64,000 bases of DNA from positions 618,255 to 682,254 of the forward strand of contig JAAOMT010000703.1 of NCBI GenBank assembly GCA_016748015.1, written 5' to 3'. The DNA is from Geosiphon pyriformis uo1. Taxonomy: Eukaryota > Fungi > Glomeromycota. The position numbers were made by a program, and so were the translations under genes. The notes beneath the pieces were generated by a model that ran no database searches, was not told the DNA's origin, and was given only the letters and a program-made list of their open reading frames with translations. Positions 52,601 to 64,000 of the stretch are shown here, piece by piece (the stretch's first letter is position 1; each line of letters begins with the position of its first letter).

Positions 52601-55257
52601 GCCGAAATGATTTTCGACCTAGCAATGGCTTTAATTAACAGAGCCACTCAAGAAAATGTTCGTCAAATGAAAGAATCAGAATACATTGCATACACTTTTG
52701 AAATCGCTGGATACAACTACAAAGATGAAATAGAAGTATATTATCAAATTGCCAGTCACACTTATCTGACCAAAGAAGCTCAAGCTCAATGGCTAGAGCA
52801 AATAAACGTTAAATTGTGTAAAGAATGCATAATGCCCTGCGATAAGCAATGGTGCTCTGAATGCTATGCTCTTAGCATTTTTCTGTCCAGTGAAAATGAT
52901 GAAAGCGAAATTGAATTTGGAGAACCTGAAGCAACAGAAGAAATTGAAACAACACCCATCTATTTTATTAAAAGTCAGTCTGCCTTACAACTCAAATACT
53001 TTAACAACAATAGACAAGGAATAAAACCTGAAAAAGCACATGAAATTGATGCTGGATATGACCTAAGATATCCAGACAAGAATACTCTTGTTCTCAAACC
53101 CAAATCTCTCACAAAAATCAACCTCAAAATTGCACTCAAAATCTCGCCAGGAGCAATGGTTCAAATCGCCTCCCGGTCCTCTCTGGCAAGCAAAGGAATC
53201 AATGTCAGAAGAGGAATAATCGATTCTGGATATACGGGAGACATTACAGTAATGCTTCAAAATGAAACTGACAAACCATTCAAGATCGACCATGCTGAAA
53301 AAATTGTCCAAGCTATTTACCTACCCCTAATCAACATTTCGAGTTTGCAACTAGTCAATCAAAGAGAACAATTAAGAAAAAACAATAGAAGAACCCAAGA
53401 TTTTGGTTCAACTGGACGATTCACAGTTTTAGTTAATATAGCTCTTAACACACAGAATGAATCCTACCAGATTTTCAGATTTCCACAACCAATTACCATC
53501 TCACCCTTTAGAGAACATCCAGAAATTTACACCTGTCCAAAGCCAACAACCACACAACAAATTTTTGAGCCCAATGAACAAATTTGCTTGGAACATAATA
53601 TTTTGATCCCAAACATTTATATTCCAGAAGGAACAAAAAAAGTCTGAGTTACTTTTTACAATACCAACAATTACCCTATAGTTCTATTAAATAACTTAGA
53701 AATTGGAGTCATTTACAGTAACATTTTTCAACAAGAACTACTCTAGACAGTTCCCAATTTTTCGGAAATTATTAGACATTCACTACCAAAAATCAACCCA
53801 AATCCTAGCTCTGAAAACTACCATGTTGTCATAGAAAAACTATTTTGAATCAACATAGGACAACTTGAACCACAACAACAAAACCAGCTCAAAGAGCTAA
53901 TTGTAGAATTTGCCAATATCTTTGCCAAAAACAACAATAACTTAGAAAGAACCAATTTGGTCCAACACAAAATTTACACAGGAGATGCCAAACCAAGAAG
54001 ACAACAAGCATATCGAGTTGCTCCAGAAAGCCACCAATTTATTCATGAAAAAGTACAACGAATGCTTAACAATGAGCTTATCCAACTCTTTATGAGTCCT
54101 TGGGCTTTACCTGTAGTACTAGTTAAAAAAAAAATGGAAAGATATAATTTTGTGTTGACTATTAACAACTCAACAGTATTACAATTGGAGATGCCTACCC
54201 CCTTCCCTAAATTGATGACATGTTAGATGCCCTTGGAAAATCTAAATACTTTTCAACACTAGATTTAGAAAGCAGTTACTGGCAAGTTGCTATAGATCCC
54301 AAAGATCGCCCCAAAACAGCATTAACCACTTAAGGTGGATATTATGAGTTCAATGTAATGCCCTTCAGATTATGCAATGCACCAGCAACGTTTCAGAGAT
54401 TAATGGATGTTGTATATCAAAGGCTTCTTTGGAAGTCAGTAGTCGTTTATCTTGATGATACTGATGTTTATTCTTCATTGTTTAAATTATACTTAAAACA
54501 CCTACGAGAAGTTTTTCAATAATTATGAAAAGCAGGACTAAAACTCAACATCGAAAAATGCTACTTTGGAAAAACAAGCTTGGCCTTTCTTGGTCATATT
54601 GTTAGTAAAGATGGAATCAAACCGGACCCTGGAAAAATTAGCACTGTTAAAAACTTTAAAACTCCTCAAAACACTACAGAACTAAGAGGATTTATAGAGT
54701 TAGCCTCCTATTATTGGAAGTTTATCAAAGGATTTTCAGAAATTGCAAAACCTCTCAACCAGCTTACCACCAAAAATGTCGAATACAAATGGACTGCTGA
54801 ATGCCAAAATGTATTTGAAATCCTCAAAGAAAAACTAATGACAGCTCCAATTCTCGCCTACTCAGATTTCAGCAACTGATTCCGATTAACAACAGATGCC
54901 TCTTATATTGCCTTTGGTGTCATCTTATCACAATTAGATAACAACAAAAATGAGCGAGTAATCACTTATGCTAGCAGAACATTAAAACCAGTCAAGAAAA
55001 ACTATTCTGCCACAGAACTAGAAACAGCAGCCATAATCTGAGTTCTACACCACTTCAACCTTTATCTTAGGCCTAAAGAATTCGATATTATTACTGATAA
55101 TATTGGACTCAAATGGCTTCAGAACAAAAATACTCAGCTAAACGCAAAACAAACCTAATGGACAAGATTTCTAGCAAACTATCGATACATAGTACATCAC
55201 AAACCAGGAAAACTCCACATCAATGTTGATTGTCTCTCCAAAATAAGACAAGATTAG
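49625..55257 (+). pseudogene. C3 Gag-CCHC-PR-Cys-dUTPase-RT-RNaseH
   Basis: Fragments at 49625, 50852, 52106, 52421 and 53957 share one frame; CHYCEISGHWKKDC, LILDSGSA, AGYDL/ASRSSL/IIDSGYTGDI/FGSTG, YLDD; one frameshift at the A-run near 54130. Confidence 0.94.
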
Positions 55258-55308
55258 AAAACACAAAAACCAACACTCAACTTAACCAACCAAAACAGCC
55301 AACAAACA

Positions 55309-56694
55309 ATGAATTCGAAAAACTACAACAATCTCAAACAATATTTGGAAATATTAACAATCCCAACAGATTGGTCTCCAGATAAAAAACATCGACTACA
55401 ACAACAAGCCAAACAATATTTTCTACACAACAACATTATTTATCATCGAAATTTCAAAAACCCAGACAAACCACTCAGATTAATACAAGAACAGGAAAAA
55501 GAGACTATATTATACAACATACACTCAGATCTTTTATTAGCACACTTTGGAAAAAACAGCACCATCCAAAGAACACTAGAATACTACTTTTGGCCTCGAA
55601 TGAGAAAAAACATTCATGAATATGTCGAATCTTATGATAGTTGTCAAAGAAGAGGAGGAACACGCCCTACTGAATCATTAAATCCAATCAAAGTTGGACA
55701 ACCCTTCGACTGAGTTGATATTAATTTAGTCGGACCACTATCTATCACCACTTAAGGAAACCGTTATATTGCAGTAGCTGTAGACTATCTTATTAAATGG
55801 CCCAAAGCCAGAGCCATTCAATGAGCAGATGCGAAATTAGTAGCAAATTTCATCTATGAAAACATCATTTGTAGACATAGATGTCCAATTGAACTTTTAT
55901 CTGATCAGAGAACACACTTTGTAAACAACCTGATATAAGAAATTTGCGAATGATTCAATGTCAAAAGACCTCTGTCTTTGCCCTATTATCCACAAACAAA
56001 CAGACTTGTAGAATGTTTTAACAGAACATTGTGTGAGTTATTAGCCAAAGTCTCAACCGATTTTGAGCAAGAATGAGATATCTTTATTCTATCAGTGTTA
56101 CTAGCATATAGAACACTAAAACAAGATACCACAAAACACATATCATTTGATTTAACTTATGGAAGGACAGCAACATTACCAATTAGTTTTACAGTGGAAA
56201 CATACCCAACACAACCAATCGATAAAAACAATTTCCAGAAAACACTACAACGAAGAGCTTACACTCTGCTTAGTACATTGGAAGGAAAATGATGAATAGC
56301 AGCAACTTATATTAAACATTCTCAAGCTCAACAAAAAAAAAGACATGACAACAAATTACCACCTATTACCAATGAATTTAAAGTTGGAAATAAAGTTCTC
56401 TTACACAGAACTAAAGCTGAAAAACAATGGAGTAGAAAATTTGAAAATAAATGGGATGGACCATTCTTTATTCATGAAATTCTAGACAATGGATCATATA
56501 AGCTAAGATTTGATGACAAAATCCTAGCAAAAGTTGCATATGGAGATCATTTGAAACACTATAATTCCAGAAACAATTCTGAACCATTAATTCCACAAAT
56601 TGGCACACATACCCCTTTAATCAATCCCGAAGATATTCCCTGGAATTTAGAACCAATAGTTGTTATTGAACAATTTCCCAACTTAAACACTTAA
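55309..56694 (+). pseudogene. C3 integrase, separate ORF
   Basis: ATG 51 nt after TAG; MNSKNYNNLKQYL.., HSD...H, WDGPF, NLEPIVVIE. Confidence 0.92.
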
Positions 56695-56816
56695 TTTAAA
56701 TTTATTATTATAGTTATCTTCTTATAATTTAGAAACAATCTTACAAAAACAAAACAAAAATAACATAAAAACTCATACACCAAAAATAATTTTCTTTTAT
56801 TTTCAAATCTTTTATA

Positions 56817-57533
56817 ATGACTATTCCTCAAAACATTTAACAATTATCCCAAAAACTAATGTTAGCTTTAAAAACAATATCCGAATTATCTATTACTGTT
56901 ACTGAAAACCACATTAATTATATCCAAACAAAAGTAGTCACAAATTTAGCCCCAAATTCACGAAAATATCACCCATATAAGAAGAACACAAGAAGTTATT
57001 CTGGAATTCACCTGCCAGAACTTTTAAAGCTTGCTTTAAGAGAAAACTTAATGCTCACTCCTATTAGTATTCCACCAAATGCTACTATTTAACAAAAACT
57101 TCAACTGTGTTTTAATAAAGAAAACTATGACTATACTCCAATATATAGATATTTCTACATTGGAAAAACACTTCATGAACAAAAATGGGAGCTTACAGTA
57201 GCAAACCTCACAAAAGAAGCTATTCGGAAACAACTCCACAATAAATTCAAGACAACAACTAGACCTACAAACAGTCATTATAAATTAAGAGCTGCTCTTA
57301 GACTTTATGACCTATTTCACTGTAAAAACGTTCTACAAAACCCAATTTTACAACCTTTGAAGATTCAATACATTGAAAAGCTTACAAAACTGAAATTTCA
57401 ACAATTTTTAGACCAAATCTCTTCAATAATTTTGGATTATTATCTGGAAATTACAGACAGTACTTGGACTTCGACAGAGCTCAGTCTTGAGGAGGAGGTT
57501 ATGTTACCAAACAAAATTAGAGATATTATTTAG
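56817..57533 (+). pseudogene. C3 ORF3, unknown function
   Basis: Homologous to C1/C2 ORF3; ends inside the LTR. Confidence 0.8.
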
Positions 57534-58489
57534 CATGAAATTATTGTTATAATTCCCATCATTAATTAACATATATTATTGTTTCAAATTATCACTTATT
57601 ACATTAGCAAAATGTTCGAAATTATCATTTAATTAATAACCCAATTTGTATATAACACAAATGTAACCTAATTGCAATGATCAATCATGCAATACCCCGA
57701 ACTATGTAACATTCAAAAAGTTTGCCAAAATTTGTAGAAATTTGCCAAAATAATTGATAGTTCACTGAAATATTTAATAGTTCACAGAAATAACTTGTAG
57801 TTTGCTGAAATATATCTTTAGTTCAGCAAAATTGTAGAAAATAGCAAAGTTCGAGTTTATAGAATAGTATTACAACAAGTTGTATAAAAGAAAAACTTCT
57901 CTCTTTGAGAAAATGTATCTTACTTCAGATTAAAAACAATTAGAATAACCCTTTACACCCAAAAGACAAATAAATATCAAATAATTTGAAAAGCCAAATT
58001 CTTAAATTATTTCCCTTGAAATTAACCAATTCCTACTAACAGTTTGAAATTGACTAGCTACCAATTTCGGTAAACTGTTAAAGCACTTCCAAACCTGGAT
58101 CTGAAACAATTTCTATAAATCATCAGTTTTACTTTTTCTTTTACATTTCTTTTATTCTCTTTCTTTTCTTATTATAAATCATTTGGGTAGCTTACAGACG
58201 AGAATTCCTGTAGAAGAGTTGACTTTCACAGCAAAGTAACTATACATTTTTAGTAAGCTTCTAAATAAGCAATTCCTGGGAAAGAGTTGACATTTACTAC
58301 AACGTAACTATACAAAGTAACTGGCATGGAATTGGCCATTCCACTTATAAGCCCAACAGTTCAAATTATAGGAGATAATTTGAAGATAAATTCAGTTACT
58401 GAAGGTTCAACCACATTCAGAAAACAGGAATCCACAGCAAACAGACATCAACAACATTTAAGAAAAGAGACCAAAAACCTCCAGTAACA
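57502..58489 (+). repeat. C3 3' LTR
   Basis: Matches the 5' LTR. Confidence 0.96.
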
Positions 58490-58559
58490 ATGCTAATTAA
58501 TAATAGAAATTATGAAGATAATTTTATGCTAATTAATAGCTAAAATTCTACTAATAACA

Positions 58560-59820
58560 GCATTAAAAGCTATATTTACTGAAACTGTAAATTGTTCAGT
58601 TGAACCAAAACCTTGAGTTTCTCTTTCACTTTTCCCTAATTGTTCTTTGTTATTAATTAATTGTAAACTCAAAATGTTGATTAGAGGTAGATAAATAGTT
58701 TAAGCAATTTTTTCAGCATGTTCTATTCTGTATGGTTTTTTGGTTTCATTTTGTAATATGATGATAATATCTCCTATATATCCTGCATCTATAATTTTTC
58801 CTCTAACATTGATTCTTTTGCTTGCCAATAATAATTAGAAAGCAATTTGTACCATTGGTTTTAATGGTATTTTAAGAGCAATTCTGAGATTGATTTTGGT
58901 AAGAAATTTTGGTTAAAAAATCAAGGTATCTTTGCCAGGATATTGTAGAATATATTTTGCACCAATTTTATAAGCTTTTTCAGACTTGATTTTTTGACTA
59001 TTGTTGTCGAAATATTTGGGTTGTAGGGCAGGTTAATTCTCAATAAGATAAATTAGAGTTGTTGTAATTTCTTTTTCTGGCTTATGCTCTTCAAACTCAA
59101 TTTTTTTTTGGTTATTTTTACTAGGCAAGGAAGTGCTAAAAACATAACATTCTGAACATTATTTATTATTACAAAACATGATGTATTTTTTACACAATTG
59201 AATGTTTATTTGCTCTAATTATTAAATTTGAGCTTATTGGGTTGGATAAGTGTAACTTGCAATTTGGTAATATGTTTCTACTTTATCTTCATAGTTGAAT
59301 CTAGCTAATTCTATAGTGTATTCAATGTATTCAGTTTTTTTCATTTGGTAGACATTTTTTTGTATGGCTCTATTGATTAAAGCCATTGCTAAGTCAAAAA
59401 TTATTTGAGCATCATAAGAGTAATAGTAGAATTTGTTAAAAGCACTGTTGTATGTTGCATCAAAGGGTGTTCTTCTTTTGATTTTTTTCGAAATTGATAG
59501 GGCATATTGTCAAGTTTGATCATATATTCCTCTTCTCATTACAATATTAATTCAGTTGTATTCTTCTAATAACATATTTTTACATATAATACAAGGAGTG
59601 TTGTCCTATTTTCCACTTTGTTTAGAGTATTCAAATCGTTTTCTATAGTATGTTTTACAGTAATAACAAGTGTGTGTTTTATATTCTTCTTTTGAGAATA
59701 TATATGCTCTTATTGACAAAAGTTTTTTCTTGCAATCTTTATATTTAAGTGAGATATAAGATAGTTGTTTCCATAATTTTGGTGTAAAGTATTGAACAAT
59801 ATTCTATTTTCTGGTTTTTT
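58560..59820 (-). pseudogene. C4 internal fragment (Cys-rich domain plus dUTPase), antisense
   Basis: Reverse complement matches C2 about 20040-21290 (QGFGSTEQFTVSVNIAFN, IDAGYIGDI). Confidence 0.88.
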
Positions 59821-62640
59821 TATATTGCATCCAAATCTGAAAGCTTTCTAGACACAACAAATTTATTTAAAAACATAGCAGCATTGGCTGTCATAGTATC
59901 TTTAAACTCACACTACTTCATTTTATTAGTGTTTTTGATATCAAACTTCCAACAATTCCTATTAGTCTGTTTGTGCAGCAAATTCAGTCACACATCTAAC
60001 AATTTATCCAAACTCACAAATACAGAAACAGCTTTGTAATTAGTATCAAAATAATCCTCAACATCAGCCACACTATGACCTACTATCATATTGACCAAGT
60101 TTAAAAAAACAAACACATAATCAATTGTTTTAGCAACACTTTAAGAATTGTTCCACATAGGCATTTTTGTAAATAAGCTCTCACCCAAAAAATTGACTAA
60201 ACCCAAATCAAGGCACTTTTTAAAACTGGCACACTTATGAAAACTATCTTCATTAAAATTACCACTTAAGATGACAAAAGAAAATTTATTCACAGCTTTG
60301 GCAATCAAAGAGTTAATATTATTTACTTGAAAAAAATAAACTACTAAGGACACCCCAGTATAAAACCCCAAAATCGACACAGAAAGTTTGTTTTTAAAAA
60401 GTAATTTGATAGAAAGAAGTCAGTTAGGAATGTCCAATACTCTATACACATGCTTTACCAAAGAATTGTTTATGATAATTACAATGTTAGAACTCAGATA
60501 ACCAGAATTCAAACCAAAAGTAAAAATATGGACATCTTCAAACTTGTTCACAATTCATGGATAGATTTTGTCTCTTAACTTAGTTTTAGTAACAATAGAA
60601 ATCAAATTGTCCATATCTCTATGCCAACATATTATATCATCTTGTTTTGCAGGATTGTTTATTTCTCTGATATTACACATAACAATTTTCTAAACTAGAC
60701 TGGTCATTAAGAAAAATGTTGAAAAAACACACTATTTGCAAGAACCAAACCATCAAACTGAGCTGATAAACTGAACACTAAGACTAAAAGACCCTCCAAC
60801 ATGGTTTTTAATTTGACAATGACAGAAGTAATTGGATCTGAGAATATGGCAGTCTTATTACAAGTAATATTACTCAAGTCCTCTTTTATCACTATATTAC
60901 CTACTTAATCTTGTAATGAAAAAATTATCAGCAGCTAACATCCAAGATTAGACTGAAAAACTGCCAGCACAAGTGATTCCAACCTCTTAGCCAACTCACT
61001 AATTTGTTTCACAAGGCTGGTAAAACTACTCTCAATACTAACCAAATGTAATTTCAAATCACCCATAACAGGCAGAAAAAGTTTCATCTTTGAAAAAGAA
61101 CCAGATTTAGCCAAAACATTACCCATAGGAAAAAAAGAGAAAAAAGACTCACCAACAACTTTTATCTAAGAAACACCATTAAAAGAAACAAGACAAACTA
61201 CTGGTGCCAAACATTTGGTATAAGTGGTAGCCAACCTGTTTTTATCTGTATCTGAAAAGATCTAACATGGAAAAATACCAGAAAGAGGCTTTCTATTAGC
61301 TGTATAGCCCAAAGATATATAACTAGAGTTCCTATACTTAACACACTTAACAGGAACTAAATAAGACCAGTACAAGTTGGTGTACTTTAAAACTGGTATA
61401 GTTTCTATGACAATATCTAATAACTTAGCCGAGTCACAGCAAACAGTAGTACATCTGGCTCAAGTATATGAAACCAGATAACAATTAATAACACATGTTT
61501 TACCACTTACAGAACCAATAAAATTCCATATGTCATAAGCATTTGTTTCCACAGGCAGAGTATACAACAATGTCTTATGTTGATCCTTTTTGTTTCAAGA
61601 TTCTTTGTCCAAATCCAATCTAACAACATGAACTGTATCTTTTTTGATCAGAATGGACCACTTTGCTGTGACCAAATCAGCATAATTTGATTGCTTAAAT
61701 TCAACTATAGTCTTCTGCCAAAGTTCTACCAACTGTATTTTAATTAAATTAATTATTCCAAACTCAGACAGTACAGCATACACAGTCTTAGCCAATATTT
61801 TAACAGGAATTTTCTTAATCACTACAGTCTGATTTGAATGACCAATGAATTTTTTAAGATTGGTGTTAACTAAAATATTTACAGCTCTTGTCTTTTCTGT
61901 GGCCTGTGCCAAACTCAATTCAGAAGTAAAAGAGACACAGATAATCTTAACAAATTTTAAGAGAATAGAGATTTCTCTAAAACTATTAACTTTTGAAAAC
62001 AATTTTTTAACAATCACAAGCTTCTCTTGAGATGTTTTCTCAACAACTTTATTTAAACCAATATCCAGAGCAAATAATTTCCTAACAGACACATTAACCA
62101 GATTTTGTAGCAGAAGAGAAAGAATCATAGGAGCATTCAAAAAAATGTTATTATTATTAACATCATCTAAAAAATTAATCTTCTCTAACAGTATATCCAG
62201 AGTCTTTTTTATTACCAATCTTGGACTTTTTGGCATCTGATTGGAATCACTCTTATTGAACAAACTTCTTTTACTATAGTTTATACTGGTCTTCTTTACA
62301 AGACACTTTTCTTTTATATCAACACTATTAGATTTGGTAGTATCATCTGTTTTAAACTTCCAAGAGCCATCAACTGCTGTTTTAGACAAGACTATTTCAT
62401 GAACAATACCATCTTTCAAAACACCACTTTTTCTCTTTTTTCTAGAAACAATATCTTTTTCATTACTATTAATACCAGAGTCTTTAACAGACTTCTTCAT
62501 TACAGCAATACTACAGCCAATAGTGGCCTTGTAATCAAGCAAAAAAAATTTGGATTTATGATACTGAATTGTAGAAACTTTTTCAAAAAACTTTTTAACT
62601 CTTTTTTGAGAATTTTGAATGAAGAAGAGAAAGAAGTTTT
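59821..62640 (-). mobile_element. Non-LTR (LINE-like) retrotransposon, 3'-truncated: ORF1 plus APE endonuclease part of ORF2
   Basis: ORF1 fragments 62542 to 60707 with a degenerate zinc knuckle near 61340; ORF2 from 60707 with CNIR..N, ILSGNFNE (GDFN), TIDYVF and DTNY (SDH-like); no RT seen. Confidence 0.82.
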
Positions 62641-62847
62641 TTAATTTTATTATTATTTTAACTATAATTAATCTTAGCTAATTTAAAAATTTTAATAAAT
62701 ATAATAGTTTTTTATAAAAAATTAAAATAAATAGAACATATTTTTTAAAATATTGTTTTTAAGATCTTAAATAAATTAATTTAAAATTTATAATATTTTG
62801 TATTAATAACTTTGATTAATAATAAAACCCTTTGTCTCCTTAATTTT

Positions 62848-64000
62848 ATGATCATAACTAGAATAAAGAGTAAAAAAACTGTACCTGATATCTTTCTTAA
62901 GATATTTTATAAAATTTCAACCAGAAAAGCTCTCTCTGTTGTAGAAGCAATTAAGCAGAATGTTTTAAAAGCCTTCCCTTTACTTAGTAATCATGAAAAG
63001 CTGCCTTTGGTAGCTACTAAAGCAACTTTTTCATCTTTGGCTGGTTTTTTACTAGTCAAAGTTTCTTTAAAAAGACACACTTGGGTTAGTTCTAGTGTTG
63101 TCTTTATCCCAACTAAGAGCCCAAAAGTTTTTAATAATAAATCTGTAAACAAGCTGGTCTTCCTTTTTCTTGCTTCAACACCTAGTGCTACTAATACTAC
63201 TTCTTCAAAAAATATGGTCAAAAAGACCAAAAGTTTAGGAAAGTGAGAACAGTTGCTTGCCTCTGCTATTGTTACACTGAATCTTTTTATGATTTCCAAT
63301 AAGATCTTAGATAAGATCTCTATAGCATTATTTGGCACATTATTTAAGATGGGCCAAAATTAACTACTGGCTGTATTGCCTAATATGGTGTCTTTTGATA
63401 GATTATTGCCAGTTTTAGAAGCAAAACAATCATCTCTTGTGATGTTATTTGTTCTTAAGAATAGGGCTGACCAAATAGAAACTAAATCATCTCCTCCTTT
63501 GGTTTTTGGTGCTGTTACTAGTGGTGCTTGGGAAACTATTACTAGTTGTCAAAAGTTTGCTGGATGGATGGTCTCTATTCTGGTGCCTGGTGCTATTTTT
63601 AAGATTAAATTGGCTTATGTTAAAGCTGTTTTTCAGTTAGTACATGTTTTCTTGAGTGCAAAGTCAGTATTAAAAGACAATATAAAGCTGTTTTGTATGG
63701 AGTTTGCTTCTTAAGTGTCTTTGGAAGCTGTATTTTTGGTTGAACTTACAAGCTCTGTATATTTGGCCACCCTCAAAATTGCCAAGTCTTTGGTAATTTC
63801 TGAGTTTGGTTCCTCTTTTGCTGCTGTTGTGCTGCATGATGTGCCTTTAAGTGTGTTTGCTACTGATATTAAAACAGCTCTTAGTGTGTTTGGTGGTGTT
63901 ATTTATGTTGTGCTGAAGTCTGCTGGCATTTGACAGTATGTAATGGTTTATTTTAAGAAGTTGGACTTTGCTGTATCTGCTTTGAGTTATTGGTTAGTCT
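62848..64000 (+). mobile_element. Second LINE-like element, ORF1 5' part (runs off window)
   Basis: In-frame fragments 62812, 63376 and 63715; LHDVPL...ALSVFG..V..V.F resembles the IKKIPV...VLSEFG..IVEF (RRM-like) block of the opposite ORF1; T/G-rich sense strand. Confidence 0.65.

Larger units (their letters stand above)
48594..58489 (+). mobile_element. Full-length uninterrupted LTR retrotransposon C3 (about 9.9 kb)
   Basis: LTRs 48594-49580 and 57502-58489; PBS at 49581; PPT gaggaggagg; perfect ATGC TSD (48590-48593 / 58490-58493). Confidence 0.97.
47699..58559 (-). repeat. Antisense C1-type LTR (47699-48593 plus 58490-58559), split by C3
   Basis: Reverse complement of the C1 LTR on both sides of C3; flanks do not match (ctac vs gcat). 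Confidence 0.9.

Noticed and set aside
56400-56694. Chromodomain at the integrase C-terminus
   Set aside because: No aromatic-cage or V.W.G pattern after the GPF module
1-58489. Alternative genetic code (TGA=Trp/Arg, TAA=Gln) to explain the many in-frame stops
   Set aside because: Stops fall at different positions in each copy and are single transitions from the codon seen in sister copies; only the RH, IN and ORF3 terminal stops are shared

Overview
This is an AT-rich eukaryotic repeat region with no recognisable host gene, tRNA, rRNA or CRISPR. Composition and protein style suggest a Glomeromycotina-type fungus such as Geosiphon (inference only). Positions 1-59.8 kb are a nest, at least six layers deep, of Ty3/gypsy-like LTR retrotransposons from related families, labelled here A, B, C1-C4, D and a decayed relic E. 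Nesting order: relic > B > C1 > D > C2 > solo-LTR A. Element A also sits inside B, and an uninterrupted C3 sits inside an antisense C-type LTR. Positions 59.8-64 kb hold two head-to-head LINE-like fragments. All copies are pseudogenised, mainly by C>T/G>A transitions. The LTR elements share an unusual three-cistron plan. ORF1 is one frame of Gag-CCHC-Q/N-rich-protease-Cys-rich domain-dUTPase-RT-RNaseH, apparently opening at a GTG in an AUG-free leader. After a conserved stop and an A/C-rich spacer comes a stand-alone integrase ORF ending in a PIIIIE-type motif. A third, non-env ORF of unknown function runs to the PPT. Insertions make 4-bp TSDs with a polar AYRN preference (mostly ATGC/ATGG). 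The LTR R/U5 regions contain covarying hairpins, including an anti-PBS arm in families B and D. All coordinates and alignments were read by eye.
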